DNA from: Octopus sinensis | Lineage: Eukaryota | Length of the DNA: 64,000 nt | NCBI RefSeq assembly: GCF_006345805.1 | Contig: NC_043024.1 | Span: 6,386,001-6,450,000, forward strand | Direction: 5' to 3' | Part shown: in pieces, positions 50,897 through 64,000 of the stretch | How positions within the stretch are numbered: position 1 is the first letter of the stretch | Layout of the letters: every line of letters starts with the position of its first letter | Translations under genes and position numbers: made by a program | The notes under the pieces: model-generated | The model's input: only the letters and a program-made list of their open reading frames with translations | Told to the model about the DNA's origin: nothing | The model's database searches: none

Positions 50897-51715
50897 TAGT
50901 GTGAGCATAATACTGCCTTATGTTTGATTTGAACCTGTTAGTTGTAAATCATGAATGCAATGTTAACCCCTTGACTACTTAATTAAATTTCATGACTATT
51001 CCTGAAATGATATTAATTATCCACCCAAAAAAACAGAACTGATATTCTCTGCTTCTAAAAGTATTTGATTCTTGCCCTGCAAAGAGATGTTTCATGAAAA
51101 AGGTTTAGAAAAATCTCAAAAACTGTCTTTTGTAAAAAGTGTCACTGAGGGTGTCTCTGCTTCTTGCAGAAAAAGGGAGAGGGTTTGTCCAAACCATGGA
51201 GTAAAACCTCTAACCACTTGCTGCAGTTAATGGTAGCATTGGTGTGGGTGCTGCTGCCAAGTAAAATGCTCTGGTGATGGTACTACATAAATAGCAGTTG
51301 GTACACTCTGTGGAGTGGGTGGCATTAGGAAGGGCATCCAGCCATAGAAACCATGCCAGAACAGACTATGGAACCTGGAGTGGTTCCTGGCCTTACCAGT
51401 TCTTACCAGTCTAGCCATCCAACCCATGCCAGCTTGGAAAATACATTAAATGATGATGAGGAGGAGGAGGAGGATTAAATACTGTGTATTGTGTACCTCT
51501 GTCCTCATGTTTGTTGACTTCCAACAAATCTCAGTATGTCTTGCTCTCTCTCTTTCTATCTATCTACTTATCTCTCTCTCTCTCTCTCTCTCTCTTTCTA
51601 TCTATATACTTATATATATCTCTCTCTCTTTCTATCTATCTACTTATCTCTCTCTCTCTCTCTGTCTACCTACTTCTCTCTCTCTCTATTTATCTGTCTT
51701 TCACTTCTCTCTCAG

Positions 51716-51960
51716 GCTCACCGTCGTGAACAAAAAGAAACTGCTGCTGATAAATCAGGTGAAATTTCCAACAAGCTTCTCCACAATATTCTAAAACAGC
51801 AACTCTTGAACAAAACCATTGAGAAGAACAGCCCCAAAAAGAAAGGTGGTAATAGTAATGCTGAGGAATCCCCTTCAAAAACTGTTGCCCGCCTCATCTC
51901 TTCTAAACCTCGCCAACGGGACTTGTTTGAACTGGATGAACTCCCAGAAACAAGCCAGAA
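51716..51960 (+). CDS. ERCC5: ERCC5/XPG coding exon 3
   Basis: AHRREQKETAADKS...DLFELDELPETSQ(K). Supplies the conserved RR pair after the N-domain and a DLF.L..LP motif. Polypyrimidine-cag/gtgagt, 245 nt. Confidence 0.92.
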
Positions 51961-52924
51961 GTGAGTTGCTTTGTTTGACAGAATTCTTGGGTTTGGGAAA
52001 AATTTGTTTTGGGGGTGGTTGTTTGCTTTTTTTTTTTTCACATTTATTTTAATATTTTATCTTTTACTGTGGCCATGCTGGGGCACTGCCTTGAAGAATT
52101 TTTGGTCAAATGAATCAACCCTAGGGCTTTCTTTTTCTTTCTTAAACTTGGTACTTATTTTATGTGTCTTTTGCCAGATCACTATGTTATGGGGGATGTA
52201 AACACACCAACAGGGGTTGTCAAGCAGTGGTAGAGGACAAACACACAAATACACACACACACATGACAGGCTTCTTTCAGTTTCCTTCTACCAAATCCAC
52301 TCACTATTGCCTCACTGCCTGAGGCAATAGTAGAAGACACTTGCCCAAGGTGCCACACAGTGGGACTGAACTCGGAACCATGTCGTTTGTTTTTTTTATC
52401 TTTTACTCGTCTCAGTCATTAGACTGCAGCCATGCTTGGGTTCTGCCTTGAAGAATTTTTAGTTGAAAAAATCAACTCCATGGAAGAGGGACCTCTAGTT
52501 TCCTTCCATCAGATTTAAGAATTATAATTTCATAGTTACTTTTTGTAAACAAACTTTCCATGTGCGTTTTCTATGATTATTTGGTAAGCGGTGCCAAATT
52601 TTACACTTTCATAAATAATAATAATAATAATGATATTTCTATAAGCTTAAAGCAATCATCATGCATTGACCAAGGTAAAATAGTCTAATATTGGGGCATA
52701 TAAGCCCCCAATGGAAAAAAAGTAGGGTTTGCCATATGCACGGAACTCAAACATACATACATACATACATATATATATGAGAAGAAAATGGAGATTGGAA
52801 AGATAATAATTGTTTATTATTAACAGCCAATTAATCATCATCCCCTACAGCTGTTTCAATTAATGTTAAGTAAATATGAATTAAATATTCATACGACCTG
52901 AGCATAATATCTTCAGAGAGAAAA

Positions 52925-53700
52925 AAATGTGGTGAGAATGGATGGGGATAGCTGTGTAAAAAAGGGTCACACCCTAGTGGTTGAGGGAACCTGTGGAAGA
53001 GGTAGACCTGGGATGAGGTGGTGAAGCACGACCTTCGAACATTAAGCCTCACCGAGATAATGACTAATGATTGAGACCTTTGAAAATATGATGTGCTTGA
53101 GAAGACCCGGCAAGCCAAGTGAGACCATAACCTGTGGCCTATGCCAAGGGTGTAACCAGCCAACTTATGCATACCTTTCCTTCATTGGACACTAAACTCT
53201 GTTTGCGAAGACCTGTTGTGAAATTGAAATCAAAATCAAATTCAATGACAGCACCGCATGACTGGCATCTGTGCTAGTGGAGCGCTAAGAGCACTATCCA
53301 AGCGTGATCGTTGCCAGAGCAGCTGACTGGCTTCCATGCCAGTGGTATGTAAAAAGCACCATTCAAGCATGATCATTACTAGTGTCACCTTACTGGCACA
53401 TGAAAAAATATTTGAGCAAGGTTATTGCCAGTGCCGCTGGACTGGCTCCTGTGCAGGTGGCATGTAAAAAACACCATTTGAGCGTGGCTGTTGCCAGTAC
53501 CGCCTGACTGGCCCTCGTGCCAGTGGCATATAAAAGCACCCACTACATTCTTGGAGTGGTTGGCATTAGGAAGTGCTTCCAGCTGTAGAAACACTGCCAG
53601 ATCAGGTTGGAGCCTGGTGCAGCCATCTGGTTCACCAGTTCTCAGTCAAATCGTCCAACCCATGCCAGCATGGAGAGCAGACGTTAAATGATGATGATGA
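52925..53700 (+). mobile_element. RTE-clade LINE 3' end (second copy, ERCC5 intron)
   Basis: Homologous to 38050-38825, with (GAT)n tail. Shorter tails of the same family at ~622, 18890, 28310, 37300, 51300 and 56625. Confidence 0.88.
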
Positions 53701-53834
53701 CACACACACACGCACACTGATTTGAGTGATTTCACTATGAGGATGTATGTTTCCCCTCCAATAGTTTCTTGCTTATTTTATCTACTTTGGGGTGAAGTAA
53801 GTCAAAGATGACCTGAAACATAACATGCTATAAA

Positions 53835-54635
53835 TCAATGGTCCTCAATCAGGATCCAATATGACCCTTGGACACCTGCAATAAATCACTTTTATTTCTA
53901 CAATACACAAAATATTTTAATAATTTATTTTTTCACACAATTCCTAATAAATCTAAACCAAGGGTTTTCAGCCATTTTTTTAATCTTTGGACCCCTTTGG
54001 TTACTATTTTATTCTGGTGGACTCCCATAGTCATTCAATGTTTAAAAACTAGTTTTATAGTAACTTCTTTCAAAATCCCTATTTTATTTTTCACACATTA
54101 ATTTGTGTAGGTTGAATTATGTAAAATGTTAGAAACCTAGCTGTTTCTTGCAATACATCCCAATACATAAATCTAAATTAGGGGTTCCCAACCATTTTTT
54201 TCTATGAACTCTCTTTGATTACTATTTTTTCAGGGGCCCTTAAAATACTGCTGTAGGTCCCCAATTTACTATTTTGCTTGGTTGGACCCTCTTTTATTAC
54301 TATTTAATTCTGGTGGACTCCCATAGCCATTCAATGCTTAAAAACTAGTTTTATAGAAACTTCTTTCAAAATTCCTATTTTGCTTTTCACACATTCATTT
54401 GTGTAGGTTGAATTATGTCAAATGTCAGAGCAAGAAACCTCACTGTTTTTTATACATACCAATGCAGACAGAAAAAGGCAAGATTTTTGCTTACCACACA
54501 GCCACTTCTGCACCTAAAGGAAACATAAAGACAGACAAAATTCCATTGAGCATTTCACCCGGCACACTGAGGGTCCAGTAGAGTAGAATAGGAACTGAAG
54601 GGATCCATAGGTAAAAAAATGGTTGAGAACCACTG
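53835..54635. mobile_element. Nested hAT-like MITE fragments (CAGTGGTTCTCAA-type termini); related at 11566 and 57030-57670
   Basis: GGTTGAGAACCACTG end at ~54621-54635; internal ~130-bp duplication (54000 versus 54298). Confidence 0.55.
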
Positions 54636-54739
54636 ATGTAAACAAATCCCACAAATAATTTCATCCAACACTTCACCAATTCTACCCAACTCTCTGCCAC
54701 CCCTTTATTTATGCTTTGTTTTGTTTTCTAATTGTGAAG

Positions 54740-54797
54740 ATACTTTGATGAGCTGAATGAGGAAGACCCTTGGGATCACCACCATTCCATGTTAGAT
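54740..54797 (+). CDS. ERCC5: ERCC5/XPG coding exon 4 (58 nt)
   Basis: (K)YFDELNEEDPWDHHHSMLD; aag/gtaagt. It restores frame between the phase-2 end of exon 3 and the phase-0 start of exon 5. Confidence 0.8.
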
Positions 54798-55073
54798 GTA
54801 AGTTAATCTTTTTTGGCCCCTTTTATTTTCACCTTTTTCCTGACGCTTCCTTTCACCAACCATCTCTCCACAAACCTACTTATTTGTCCTGTCATCTATC
54901 TATAGACATACAGACCTGGTTTCTATTTTCAGTCTTATCACCAAAGTATGTATATATATCTATCTATTCATTTACTAAACTGTCTATCTTTATCCATCCA
55001 TCCATCTGTATATATATTTGTTTCCATCCATCCGTCTAGCTATATCTATTTGCCTCTATCTATCTATTACTCT

Positions 55074-55375
55074 GTGGAGGCACATGGCCTCGTAGTTAGA
55101 GCAGTGGACTTGCAGTCGAGGGATCACGGGTTCGAATCTCAGACCAAGCAATGTGTGTGTTTATGAGCGAAACACCTAAGATCCACATGGCTCCGGCAGA
55201 AGGTAATGGCGAACTTCTGCTGACTCTTTCGCCACAACTTTCTCTCACTCTTTCCTCCTGCATCTTGCAGCTCACCTGCGACAAACTTGCGTCCTGTCCA
55301 GGTGGGGAACCTATATGCCAAGGAAACCGGGAAACTGGCCCAAATGAGTGAGGGATGGCTTGAAAAGGAACAAAC
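55074..55375 (+). mobile_element. tRNA-derived SINE family C
   Basis: GTGGAGGC.CATGGCCT.GT.GTTAGAGCAG.GGACT...GGTTCGAATC head and AACAAAC tail. Minus copies at ~12690, 20453, 24900, 36760, 40835. Confidence 0.88.
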
Positions 55376-55583
55376 AATAAATCTATTACTCCATCTATCA
55401 ATCCATCCATGCATCTATTTATCTGTCTATCCATCAATCTATTTATTTATTCTATCTGTCTATCCACCCATCTATGTATCCATGCATCCATCTTCTTACC
55501 CATCATCCAGCCAGCCAACCATACCTGTTTGAGCTATTTGTCCATCCATCTATCTATAAACTTATCTATTTACCTATTTTCAG

Positions 55584-55727
55584 TCCCGTTATCAAAATAT
55601 CAAAGACATCAATGTTGATTCTGAAGAATTCCAGGCATTGCCTCCTGAGATCCAACATGAATTCCTCAAAGAAATCAAAGAATCCATGAAACGGTCATCA
55701 TGGAACCAGATTCAGGAATTACCAGAG
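55584..55727 (+). CDS. ERCC5: ERCC5/XPG coding exon 5 (UBM-like region)
   Basis: SRYQNIKDINVDSEEFQALPPEIQHEFLKEIKESMKRSSWNQIQELPE, matching the XPG SEDF..LPPE..HE motif. ttttcag/gtaaat, 144 nt. Confidence 0.95.
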
Positions 55728-57886
55728 GTAAATCTAACAGGATGTTTGTTTGTTTGATGTTGTTGTTGTTGTTTAGCCCCAGGTCAACTCTGAGCAGACT
55801 TCTGATTAAAAGAATTCCATTCCAGTCATGGCTATCTTGTCCTCTCAGCTCCTTGATTCAAGGGAGATCCTCTATGAGTTTGGTTAGCCTGCTAGAAATA
55901 GCAGCCAAATCTCTTTTGATTCATACCTACTGTCTGGTAAGTAGGAAATATACTTTGGATAATGAGGTAGTTTTAGTTTCAACCCCCCAAAAATACAGTA
56001 TTAGTTGGAAGAAATTCAAAGTTTTGCAGATTGAGAACAAAACATGAATTCTACGATTTAATTAAGAGAATCTTTGACCTATGCAGAAAGGTGATTGCTT
56101 TGGTGAGATCAGCCAGTGGCACCTTACTGAGAAAACTGTGTATACTTCACAGGTAGGTCAAACATTTTCAAGAACTTTTGAATAGGGTTGACCCCACAGA
56201 TACTACCACCACCCCCCACAGCGCTTGAAGAGATTCCAGGTCTTGTTATCCTGACAGAGCTTGACAACCCCTTCACCCACAACCCTTAATGTGGTGCAAT
56301 GGGCCCTCTCCCAGTGACAATGGGATTCCAGGTGAGATTTGCAGGTATGGCAGCCCTCACCTCACATCCCATCTTCATTCTTTGTTTCTTCTTTGTTGAC
56401 TGGGGAAGACTATACCTGACAGGTGGAAAGACCCCGACATTGTCACTATCTAGAACATAAAATAAAATACAAGATAGAAAAGTGAACAGTAAAAGAGTTA
56501 TAAAGAGAAAAGAGTGTGTAGGAACGTTGGGGGGTAGTCACCATTATCATCCTTTAAATTCCAGTCCTCCACAGTAGAAGTATTAAGGCTGCATCTCCTG
56601 GTGAAAAGAATTGGTCTGCAAGAATCCTGTGCTGGTGCCACGAAAAAAACACTCATGCTGGTGGCACGTTATAAGCCCCCAGAACACACTCTCAGAGTGG
56701 TTGACATTAGGAAGGGCACCGAGCTGTAGAAACCAAGCCAAATCAGACTGGAACCTGGTACAGCTTCCCAGCTCTGGTCAAACCATCCAACCCATGCCAG
56801 CATGGAAAACAGACGTTAAAGGATTATGATGATGATGATGATGATAATGGTATGAGTTGGGTAGTTTGACAGGATCCAATAGGTCCAAGAACCTCATTGT
56901 GCTCTAGTGTTTGTGTGGCTCGGTTTTTACAGCTTGAGGCCTTTCCTAACCCCAGTCACTTTACAGAGTCTACTGGGTGCTTTTTATGGGGCACCAGCAC
57001 TAGTGATGTCACTGTGTACCTTGCAAGACCTGTTTGATTACTATTTTATTCTGATGGAGACCCATTGCCATTTGATGCCATAATAATAATATTCAATTTA
57101 TTGAATACAGTTCTTTGGTGCTCTACAACTTATCAGAAAAAGCAACCAAAACCACATGAACAGTACATAGAACTTGTACAGGAAGTGAACTGTGAATAAG
57201 TCTTCAAGAAAAAAAAAAGAACCGTTAGTGGTGGGGGCATCAGGGGTACTGTTGGTGAATTTCAGGAAACATGGAAGATTTGAAGAATCTGGTGTCCCAA
57301 CAGCTAACTACTGATGCAGGTAGGTTTATTCCATACTTCAGCAATTCTGAACCTGAAAAATTGCTTCCAAAAGTCATGGGCACTCTAGCTTTATATAGAG
57401 ACTTCTTTTAAAATTCCCATTTTGCTTTTCACATATTCACCCATATAGGTTTGCAACAGCACTCTCTGAGAGAACAGGTTTCAGGGGCTGGAAACATGTT
57501 AAATTATGTAAAACATTACAGAAAGAAACTTGGCTGTTTCTTCAATTAACACGTCTAAAGTAAACTTTTTTTCATGGGCCCTTAAATTATTACTGTGGAT
57601 CCCTAATTTACCATTTTGCTTGTGTGGACTCCAAAAAAATCTTATATGGACCCTGACTGAGAACCAGTGCTGTAGAAGAATGACCTAACTTATATTTTAG
57701 AAGAGATGATGGTGCATGTGTGTGATGGTGGTGATGGGGAGTTGGAAAGTTGTATAAATGGCGTGAGAGTGGACCATCAAGTTGGAATGGATGGAGCAGG
57801 GATACCAAGGATGTGTGTGTAGGAGATAGTACAGGGCAGCAGAATAAAAACGATGTTGATGAATTTCAAAAAACATGGAATTCTTT

Positions 57887-58110
57887 AACCCTTTAGCATT
57901 CAGATTATTCTGTCAAATGTAATTCTTATTGATTCACATTGCTTTGAATTAATCATGCTTTATCTTGTAGCTTCGAGATTTCAATGGTGTGTTTGTATAT
58001 TTTTAGAATGATATTGTAGGGTAGGTGTGAGAGGCTGGATCTGGTTAGTTTGAACATAAAACAGGTAAAATATTTGGGCCAGATATGCCCAGATTAAATG
58101 CTAAAGAGTG
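57887..58110. mobile_element. TTAA-CCCTTTAGCATT MITE (related fragments at ~25530, 60535, 63420)
   Basis: CCCTTTAGCATT ... AATGCTAAAG inverted termini. Confidence 0.7.
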
Positions 58111-58290
58111 AAGGAATACAGTGTCCTGACAACTAACGACTAATGGGAGTGGTTTGTTGTATAATTCAACAATTCCTTGGGTGAAAGAATAAGGAATCTT
58201 GATTTTGCTTTACCAAAGTTTTGATGCTTTCTTGTTCTTCTTGTAGTTTCCCTGCTTTAAATTATTGATTTTTCTTTTACATTTGATTAG

Positions 58291-59230
58291 GATGCTGGTG
58301 GCTTTGCTTCGTATCAAATATCAAAACTTCTGAAGCAGAACAAAATCACAAACCAAATCGATAAAGTTCAAGAAGAGATAATTGCCAGAAAGTCTGGGAA
58401 AATCTCTACTGAATCTGGCATCATTGACCAAGTTGTTAATATCCAGAAGATCGCTTCAGAAGACAGCTCTCATTTCATATTTGTGAAAGGTCTGCAGAAA
58501 GACACTGCGCTCGAGGTTATAGAAAAGAAGAAAGAAGAGATGAAGGATAGCGAGGACTCGGATGGAGAATCATCAAAACCAGCACCATCTTATAAATGTC
58601 CTGATTCTGTAAATACCAGTGGTAATCTGTGGGTTGAAGAGATGAAATATGGTGTCAAAAAGAAACCATGTGAACAGCTGCCAAACATTAAACAGGAAAA
58701 GGATTTTCTGAACTCAAAAGTGAAATTGCAAGAAGATAGTGAGGGCTCTGCTAATTCACAAAATATTTTCAATGTTGATAAAAATATTTTGTTTAATTGG
58801 GCCAAATTTGCAGAATCAGGAAGTCACAGTGCTGACCAAACATCTCTTGGAGAGCCAGAAAATAATAGCAGTAAAACACTTGAAACCAAGGTTTCTTTGT
58901 CAGATTCTGACAGTGGAGAATCAGAAGAGGATTCTGTTCCACCAAAAACGGTTTTAAACCAAAAGAAGGCAGCATCAGGTGTGACAGCAACAGAAAATAA
59001 ACCAGGTGTTGTCGGTGGATTAAAAGATTCTCTTAGTTCTGAGAAACATGGTACCAGCCTGGACAACAGTTCACTGCTGTCTAATGGTGTGACTGTAGAT
59101 GATGCAGCTAAGATAGATGTGACTGTAAAAGATGTTATTACTGATGATGAGTCCAAAAAAGATGTGATTGTTCCAGATGAAGACTTTGAAGAGAAGAAAA
59201 TACAATCAGATTCTGGCGAGAGCGAAGATG
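58291..59230 (+). CDS. ERCC5: ERCC5/XPG coding exon 6 (spacer region)
   Basis: DAGGFASYQISKLLKQN...QKIASEDSSHFIFVKG, matching the XPG FS.YQ...LL and ..SED.SH.I..KG motifs, then an acidic low-complexity spacer (ORF 58483). ttag/gtaagt, 940 nt. Confidence 0.93.
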
Positions 59231-60254
59231 GTAAGTTACATTTTATTAAGATTTATGTTGATATCTTACTGTGAAGTTTGAAAATTTCTAGGGTTTCTGT
59301 GTGTCATGTGACATCATGGAGATTTGCAACTGGAAAGAGCCTGCAGGTCTTTGATAAGATTAAGGAGCTTGCTTCCCAACCACCCATTGTATGGCACTTT
59401 GGCAAGTTTCTGCTTGTATAGTCCCAGGCTGACCAAAGCCTTGTCAGTGGATTTGGTAGATGGAAACTAGAAGTTTGTTGAGCGTGTGTGTATGTATGCA
59501 TATATATGTGCGTGTGTGTGAATATATATATATAAAATTAGTGTACATTTAAACATGAAAGAGGTAATTCTTAACAGGCAGCCTTATATGCTTGATGGAG
59601 CAGTCAAAACGTCTAAAACCACATTTAAGAGCAATTTCAAAGGGAATGAAAATAAAAGCTTTTACCATTAAGCCCTTGTGATACCAACCCACCTGAAACT
59701 GCCTCTGGTTCTTTTAAAACAAATCTAAATTAACCCTCTCAGACCTGGGCCCTTGTGTCTAACTTTATTCTCCACCTGGGTTCCTAAGCAAAAAACAAAT
59801 AAATGGTTGCATAGACAGCTCAAGGGTAACTATTACAAGCAAACTAACTGACAGAATCAAAAAGAAATTCAAGCAAAAGGCACTTGTGCCAGTGACACAT
59901 AAAGGGCACCTGTGCCAGTGACATGTAAAAAGAACCTGACCTGTGCCAGCGACATGTAATAGACATCCAGTTCACTCTGTAAAGTGGTTGGCATTAGGAA
60001 GGGCATCCAGCTGTAGATTATTATTATTATTATTATTTGCTATTATCTCTGGAGGACATCTTTCATGTTAATTCTCTGTTTTCTCTTTTCTTTCCCCTTT
60101 CCCCATCACTCCTACTCCACCTCCATCACCATAACAACCATTACTGTGTATACACCACCACCATCAACCTCTCCTCCATCCTCATAACCACCAATACCAC
60201 AACTCTCCCATCACAACCACCACGGCCACCACCATTGATGCCCTTCCAATGTAG

Positions 60255-60526
60255 AAGACCTTCTCGAAGTGAACGAAATCGAAGACGTGGAAAAATTCTA
60301 CAACGACAGATTCCATTCTGTCAGTGACCAGCCACATGACATCACCATGGCAACTGTGTCACTGGCCAATGAAGAAGGCAACCAGATGCCCGATGACAGG
60401 GCTGGCATCCACACCCTTTACAATGAAGACGATGAGGAGGAAGAGAAGGAGGAGGAGGAAGAAGAGGAGGTAGTAAGAGACTTCCAAAGGAAGGTGGAAG
60501 TAAATGAATTTGAAGGGCTCACTCAG
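60255..60526 (+). CDS. ERCC5: ERCC5/XPG coding exon 7 (acidic spacer)
   Basis: (E)DLLEVNEIEDVEKF...NEFEGLTQ; gtag/gtaagt. Phase 1 in and phase 0 out, consistent with both neighbours. Confidence 0.85.
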
Positions 60527-60644
60527 GTAAGTTTAGCCCTTTAGGGTTCAGATTCGTCTGCCAGATGTAAAGCTTATTGTTTTGAATTTATCCTGCATCA
60601 TCTTGTTGCCTTGACGCTTCAATGATGCCATTGTCTATGTGTAA

Positions 60645-61124
60645 CCCTTCTGTTACCATATTTCTTCTGTTGAGATGCTCTGAGTTTCTTTCAATTAATT
60701 TTAAATATACCAAAGAATTTAGTAAAATAACTTAGTTATCATTAAGCTAATGTTAGGAATATAAATTGTGAGTAAGGAATGGTGGAAGATTTTAATTCAA
60801 AACTTATGAAAACAAGACATTTGTACTTCAGAGCCAGAGGCAGTTTCAGGCGGGTTGGTATCGAAAGGGTTAAGAATTGCTTCTCTATTATATATTTTAA
60901 CCCTTCTGTTACTGTATTTCTTCTGTTGAGATGCTCTGTGTTTCTTTCAATTATTTAAAATATAACAAAGAATTTAGTAAAATGACTTAGCTATCGTTAA
61001 GCTAGTGTTAGGGACATAAATTGTGGCTAAGGTTTGGTGGAAGATTTTTATTCAGAACTTTTGGAAACAAAACATTTGTACTACAGAGCCAGAGGTGGTT
61101 TCAGCTGGGTTGGTATCAAAAAGG
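60645..61124. mobile_element. Two tandem ~225-bp piggyBac-type MITEs
   Basis: 60645-60869 and 60901-61124: CCCTT.TGTTAC ... GGTATC.AAAGG(G)TTAA, near-identical bodies. Confidence 0.85.
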
Positions 61125-62934
61125 TTAAGATGTTTATGTTTAAAAAGTACGAGGCTAGATCGTTTAAATGAAGGTGAGCAAAAAAGAAGACATGGACAGT
61201 GAGTCATGGGAGAGGATGAGAGAGTGGATGCATTTTTTAAGGGTGTGAAGAAGGAGTAAGCTGGTGTCAACCAGTGTCAAACTTTACAAGGGAGTGCTGA
61301 AAAGTTCCTTGCTTTAAGGGTATTGTGAAAGGCCTGGCTGGAGGCCCAACCTTCCAAGTTCTTTTACAAGGCTTGGAAAAATCAAAGGACCACTGCAATG
61401 AGTGTGTGAATCTGAGAGGGGAATATCTATAATACATTAAAAGTCAGCTTGAATCTTGCTTGCTTGCTTGCAATGTTACCAAGTCAGACTGGCGCATAAT
61501 AGGAAAATACTATGGATTAAGTTGCCCCTGGAATGTTAATATGAACAGAATAAGACAAGTTTCGCGTAATTCAGACAAGTGGTTTTTGTGGTATAAATAC
61601 CCAAAACAGTGCATAATGGAAAAATATTCCGAAAATAACTTAAACCTGAAAGGGAAGAAACTCTTACGTTTCTATTAGACACAGTGGCTTGACAAAGAAA
61701 ACTATTTGTTTTTTACAGTAGTTGTTTCTATTTTCCCTTTTGTTAAACACAATATTTTAATCATTTAGAAATATTTTTAAGTGAATGTAATTTCAAAAAT
61801 GTAAGCTGTTTGTACAGTAAGTATTTATATTTTAGTTTTCTTTAAACAGACAATATTTTAATGTTTTTTTAATTATTTTCAAGTGAATTCCAATACAAAA
61901 TTTTTTGTGACATATTTAAAAAATATTTTAAAGTAAAAATGACTTTAAAAATATGGTGAATATTTCATTAAAGACCTGTTCATAACCTGGGTGAAATAAT
62001 TTTCTTTCTTAGGTTTTTTTGAGTGCATTCAACGTCTCTCACTTCCAAATATTTGACTACTATTTCTAGCACGCCCTTCTACCATATAACAGCTATTTGC
62101 GATAAAGGACCAAAAATACCTGTTATGTAGTAGCAAGGCATGCAAGAAATAGCAGCCAACTCTTTCCTTTTCTGGGGAAAAGAGTCATTTACACATGATT
62201 TCAATGTCACATTCAATCATAGCATGCAAAATAACCTGGAAAAGAAAAGAAAAACCTACAAAACAAGACTCCGTTGCTAGGAAACTCAGACTTTTCTAGT
62301 GACCCAACAGGTCACGGATAGTCCAGTATTCTCTTTCTCTTTTTTCTTCTCTTTTTACTTGTTTCAGTGATTTGACTATGGTCATGCTGGAGCACCGCCT
62401 TTAATCGAGCAACTTGACCCCGGGACTTATTCTTTGTAAGCCCAGTACTTATTCTATCGGTCTCTTTTGCCGAACCGCTAAGTGACGGGGACATAAACAC
62501 ACCAGCATCAGTTGTCAAGCAATGCTAGGGGGATAAACACAGACACACAAACATACATGCACATACATATATATACATATATACGACGGGCTTCTTTCAG
62601 TTTCCGTCTACCAAATCCACTCACAAGGCTATAATAAAAGACACTTGCCCAAGATGGCACGCAGTGGGACTGAAGCTGGGACCATGTGGTTGGTAAACAA
62701 GCTACTTACCACACAGCCACTCCTGCACCTACAGGAATAAAATAATAATTAACTGACCCTCCTGTATTCTCTTCTATCCAAAGCCAGAATGGATAAATAC
62801 TTTTTATTCAGTTTTAAAATGTTTTAATCTAATTCTGTTATTCGTTAGGGCACATGTTTTGTTTGTAAGTTGTTATTTGGTGTTTATATTTTGTATTTGT
62901 TGTCTTTCTTTGACCACCGGTCACTTGTTTATAG

Positions 62935-63054
62935 GAAACTATGTCCACTATGAGATCAGAGCTGGAAGCTGAGAGTAATGTGTTACTGCAAGAACGGGGA
63001 AAACAGGAGAGATTAGCCATGACCATTTCTGACCAGATGCGCCTGGAAGCTCAG
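62935..63054 (+). CDS. ERCC5: ERCC5/XPG coding exon 8 (lead-in to I-domain); gene continues beyond window
   Basis: ETMSTMRSELEAESNVLLQERGKQERLAMTISDQMRLEAQ, matching XPG QERIA.T.T.QM.LE.Q. atag/gtgtgt, 120 nt. Confidence 0.95.
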
Positions 63055-63289
63055 GTGTGTTTATATATATATTTATATACACAAACCCCACCTATTGTAT
63101 TATCTGTATGTTGTGTGAGTGTGTGTGTGTGTGTATATATATAATTAATAATATCAGGGTAAGAAAATATTTAAAAAATTTTTACTACCAGTAGCCTAGC
63201 ATGTGGAAAAATTAGTCAATAGACTATTGGCTATTCCTTCTAGCATGCCAGGTATCCTATGATTGATACCTCTTATGTGTTTAAATATA

Positions 63290-63328
<39 letters not shown>

Positions 63329-64000
63329 CATACACACACGTGTGTATATATGTATTTATGTATGTGTGTATGTATATATATATATATATATATATCTTTT
63401 AGTTTTTACTTGTTTCAATTCATCATGCATTATCTTGTAACTTTGAGATTTCAATGATGTGTGTTTATTTTTAGCATGACATTGTAGGGTAGGAGTGAGT
63501 GGCTGGATATGGCCAGCTTGAACATAAAGCTGGTAGAATATTTGGGACTGGAAGTAGCTGGTTTAAATGCTGAAGTGTTAAATGCAACCAATGATGAAAG
63601 CGTTTGGTGTCAAACAAGGAGCCAGATTAACCCAAAGCACAACAGGCCACAATCATGGCTGTCAGGCATAGGTCAACAGGCCACGATCATGGCACAGATT
63701 GATGCATTTAATTTATAGGCGTTTGTTGAAATGTCTGCCAAGAGATAGTTCAACTAACGACTTTTCAGGTGATGTAAAACTTGCCACCATTATATACTTA
63801 CATCTTTTACTTCTTTCAGTCATTTGACTGTGGCCATGCTGGAGCACCACCTTTAGTCGAGCAAATCGATCCCAGGACTTATTCTTTGTAAGCCTAGCAC
63901 TTATTCTATCGGCCTCTTTTGCCGAACTGCTAAGTTATGGGGACGTAAACACACCAGCATCGGTTGTCAAGCAATGCTGGTGGAGGAAGATGAGCCGCAC

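Overview
AT-rich, repeat-saturated animal genomic DNA. The SINE, microsatellite and LINE complement resembles an octopus (coleoid cephalopod) genome; this is an inference. Most entries in the supplied ORF track are microsatellite or SINE artefacts. Two host genes sit head-to-head around a repeat-poor, CpG-retaining promoter zone (~41.7-44.1 kb). (1) ERCC5/XPG on the + strand has a probable non-coding exon 1 and eight coding exons visible (45876-63054, 681 codons, gene continues past the window). Its first coding intron is a textbook U12-type (minor spliceosome) intron. (2) An unrecognised - strand gene has a 130-aa ORF in its last exon (29413-29805). The rest is transposon debris: mariner and Tc1-like elements, piggyBac and its MITEs, Helitron/Helentron, RTE, CR1-like and R4/Dong-like LINEs, Penelope-like elements, three tRNA-derived SINE families, and a 1.5-kb minisatellite. 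The most interesting signal is a set of unrelated short non-coding palindromic or tandem elements carrying minimal type I hammerhead ribozyme motifs. Intact cores lie at 13309-13353(-), 13431-13475(+), 39044-39103(-) and 39887-39946(+); variant or decayed ones lie at 12535, 16864 and 40653. They look like Penelope-derived, retrozyme-like elements in foldback configuration.
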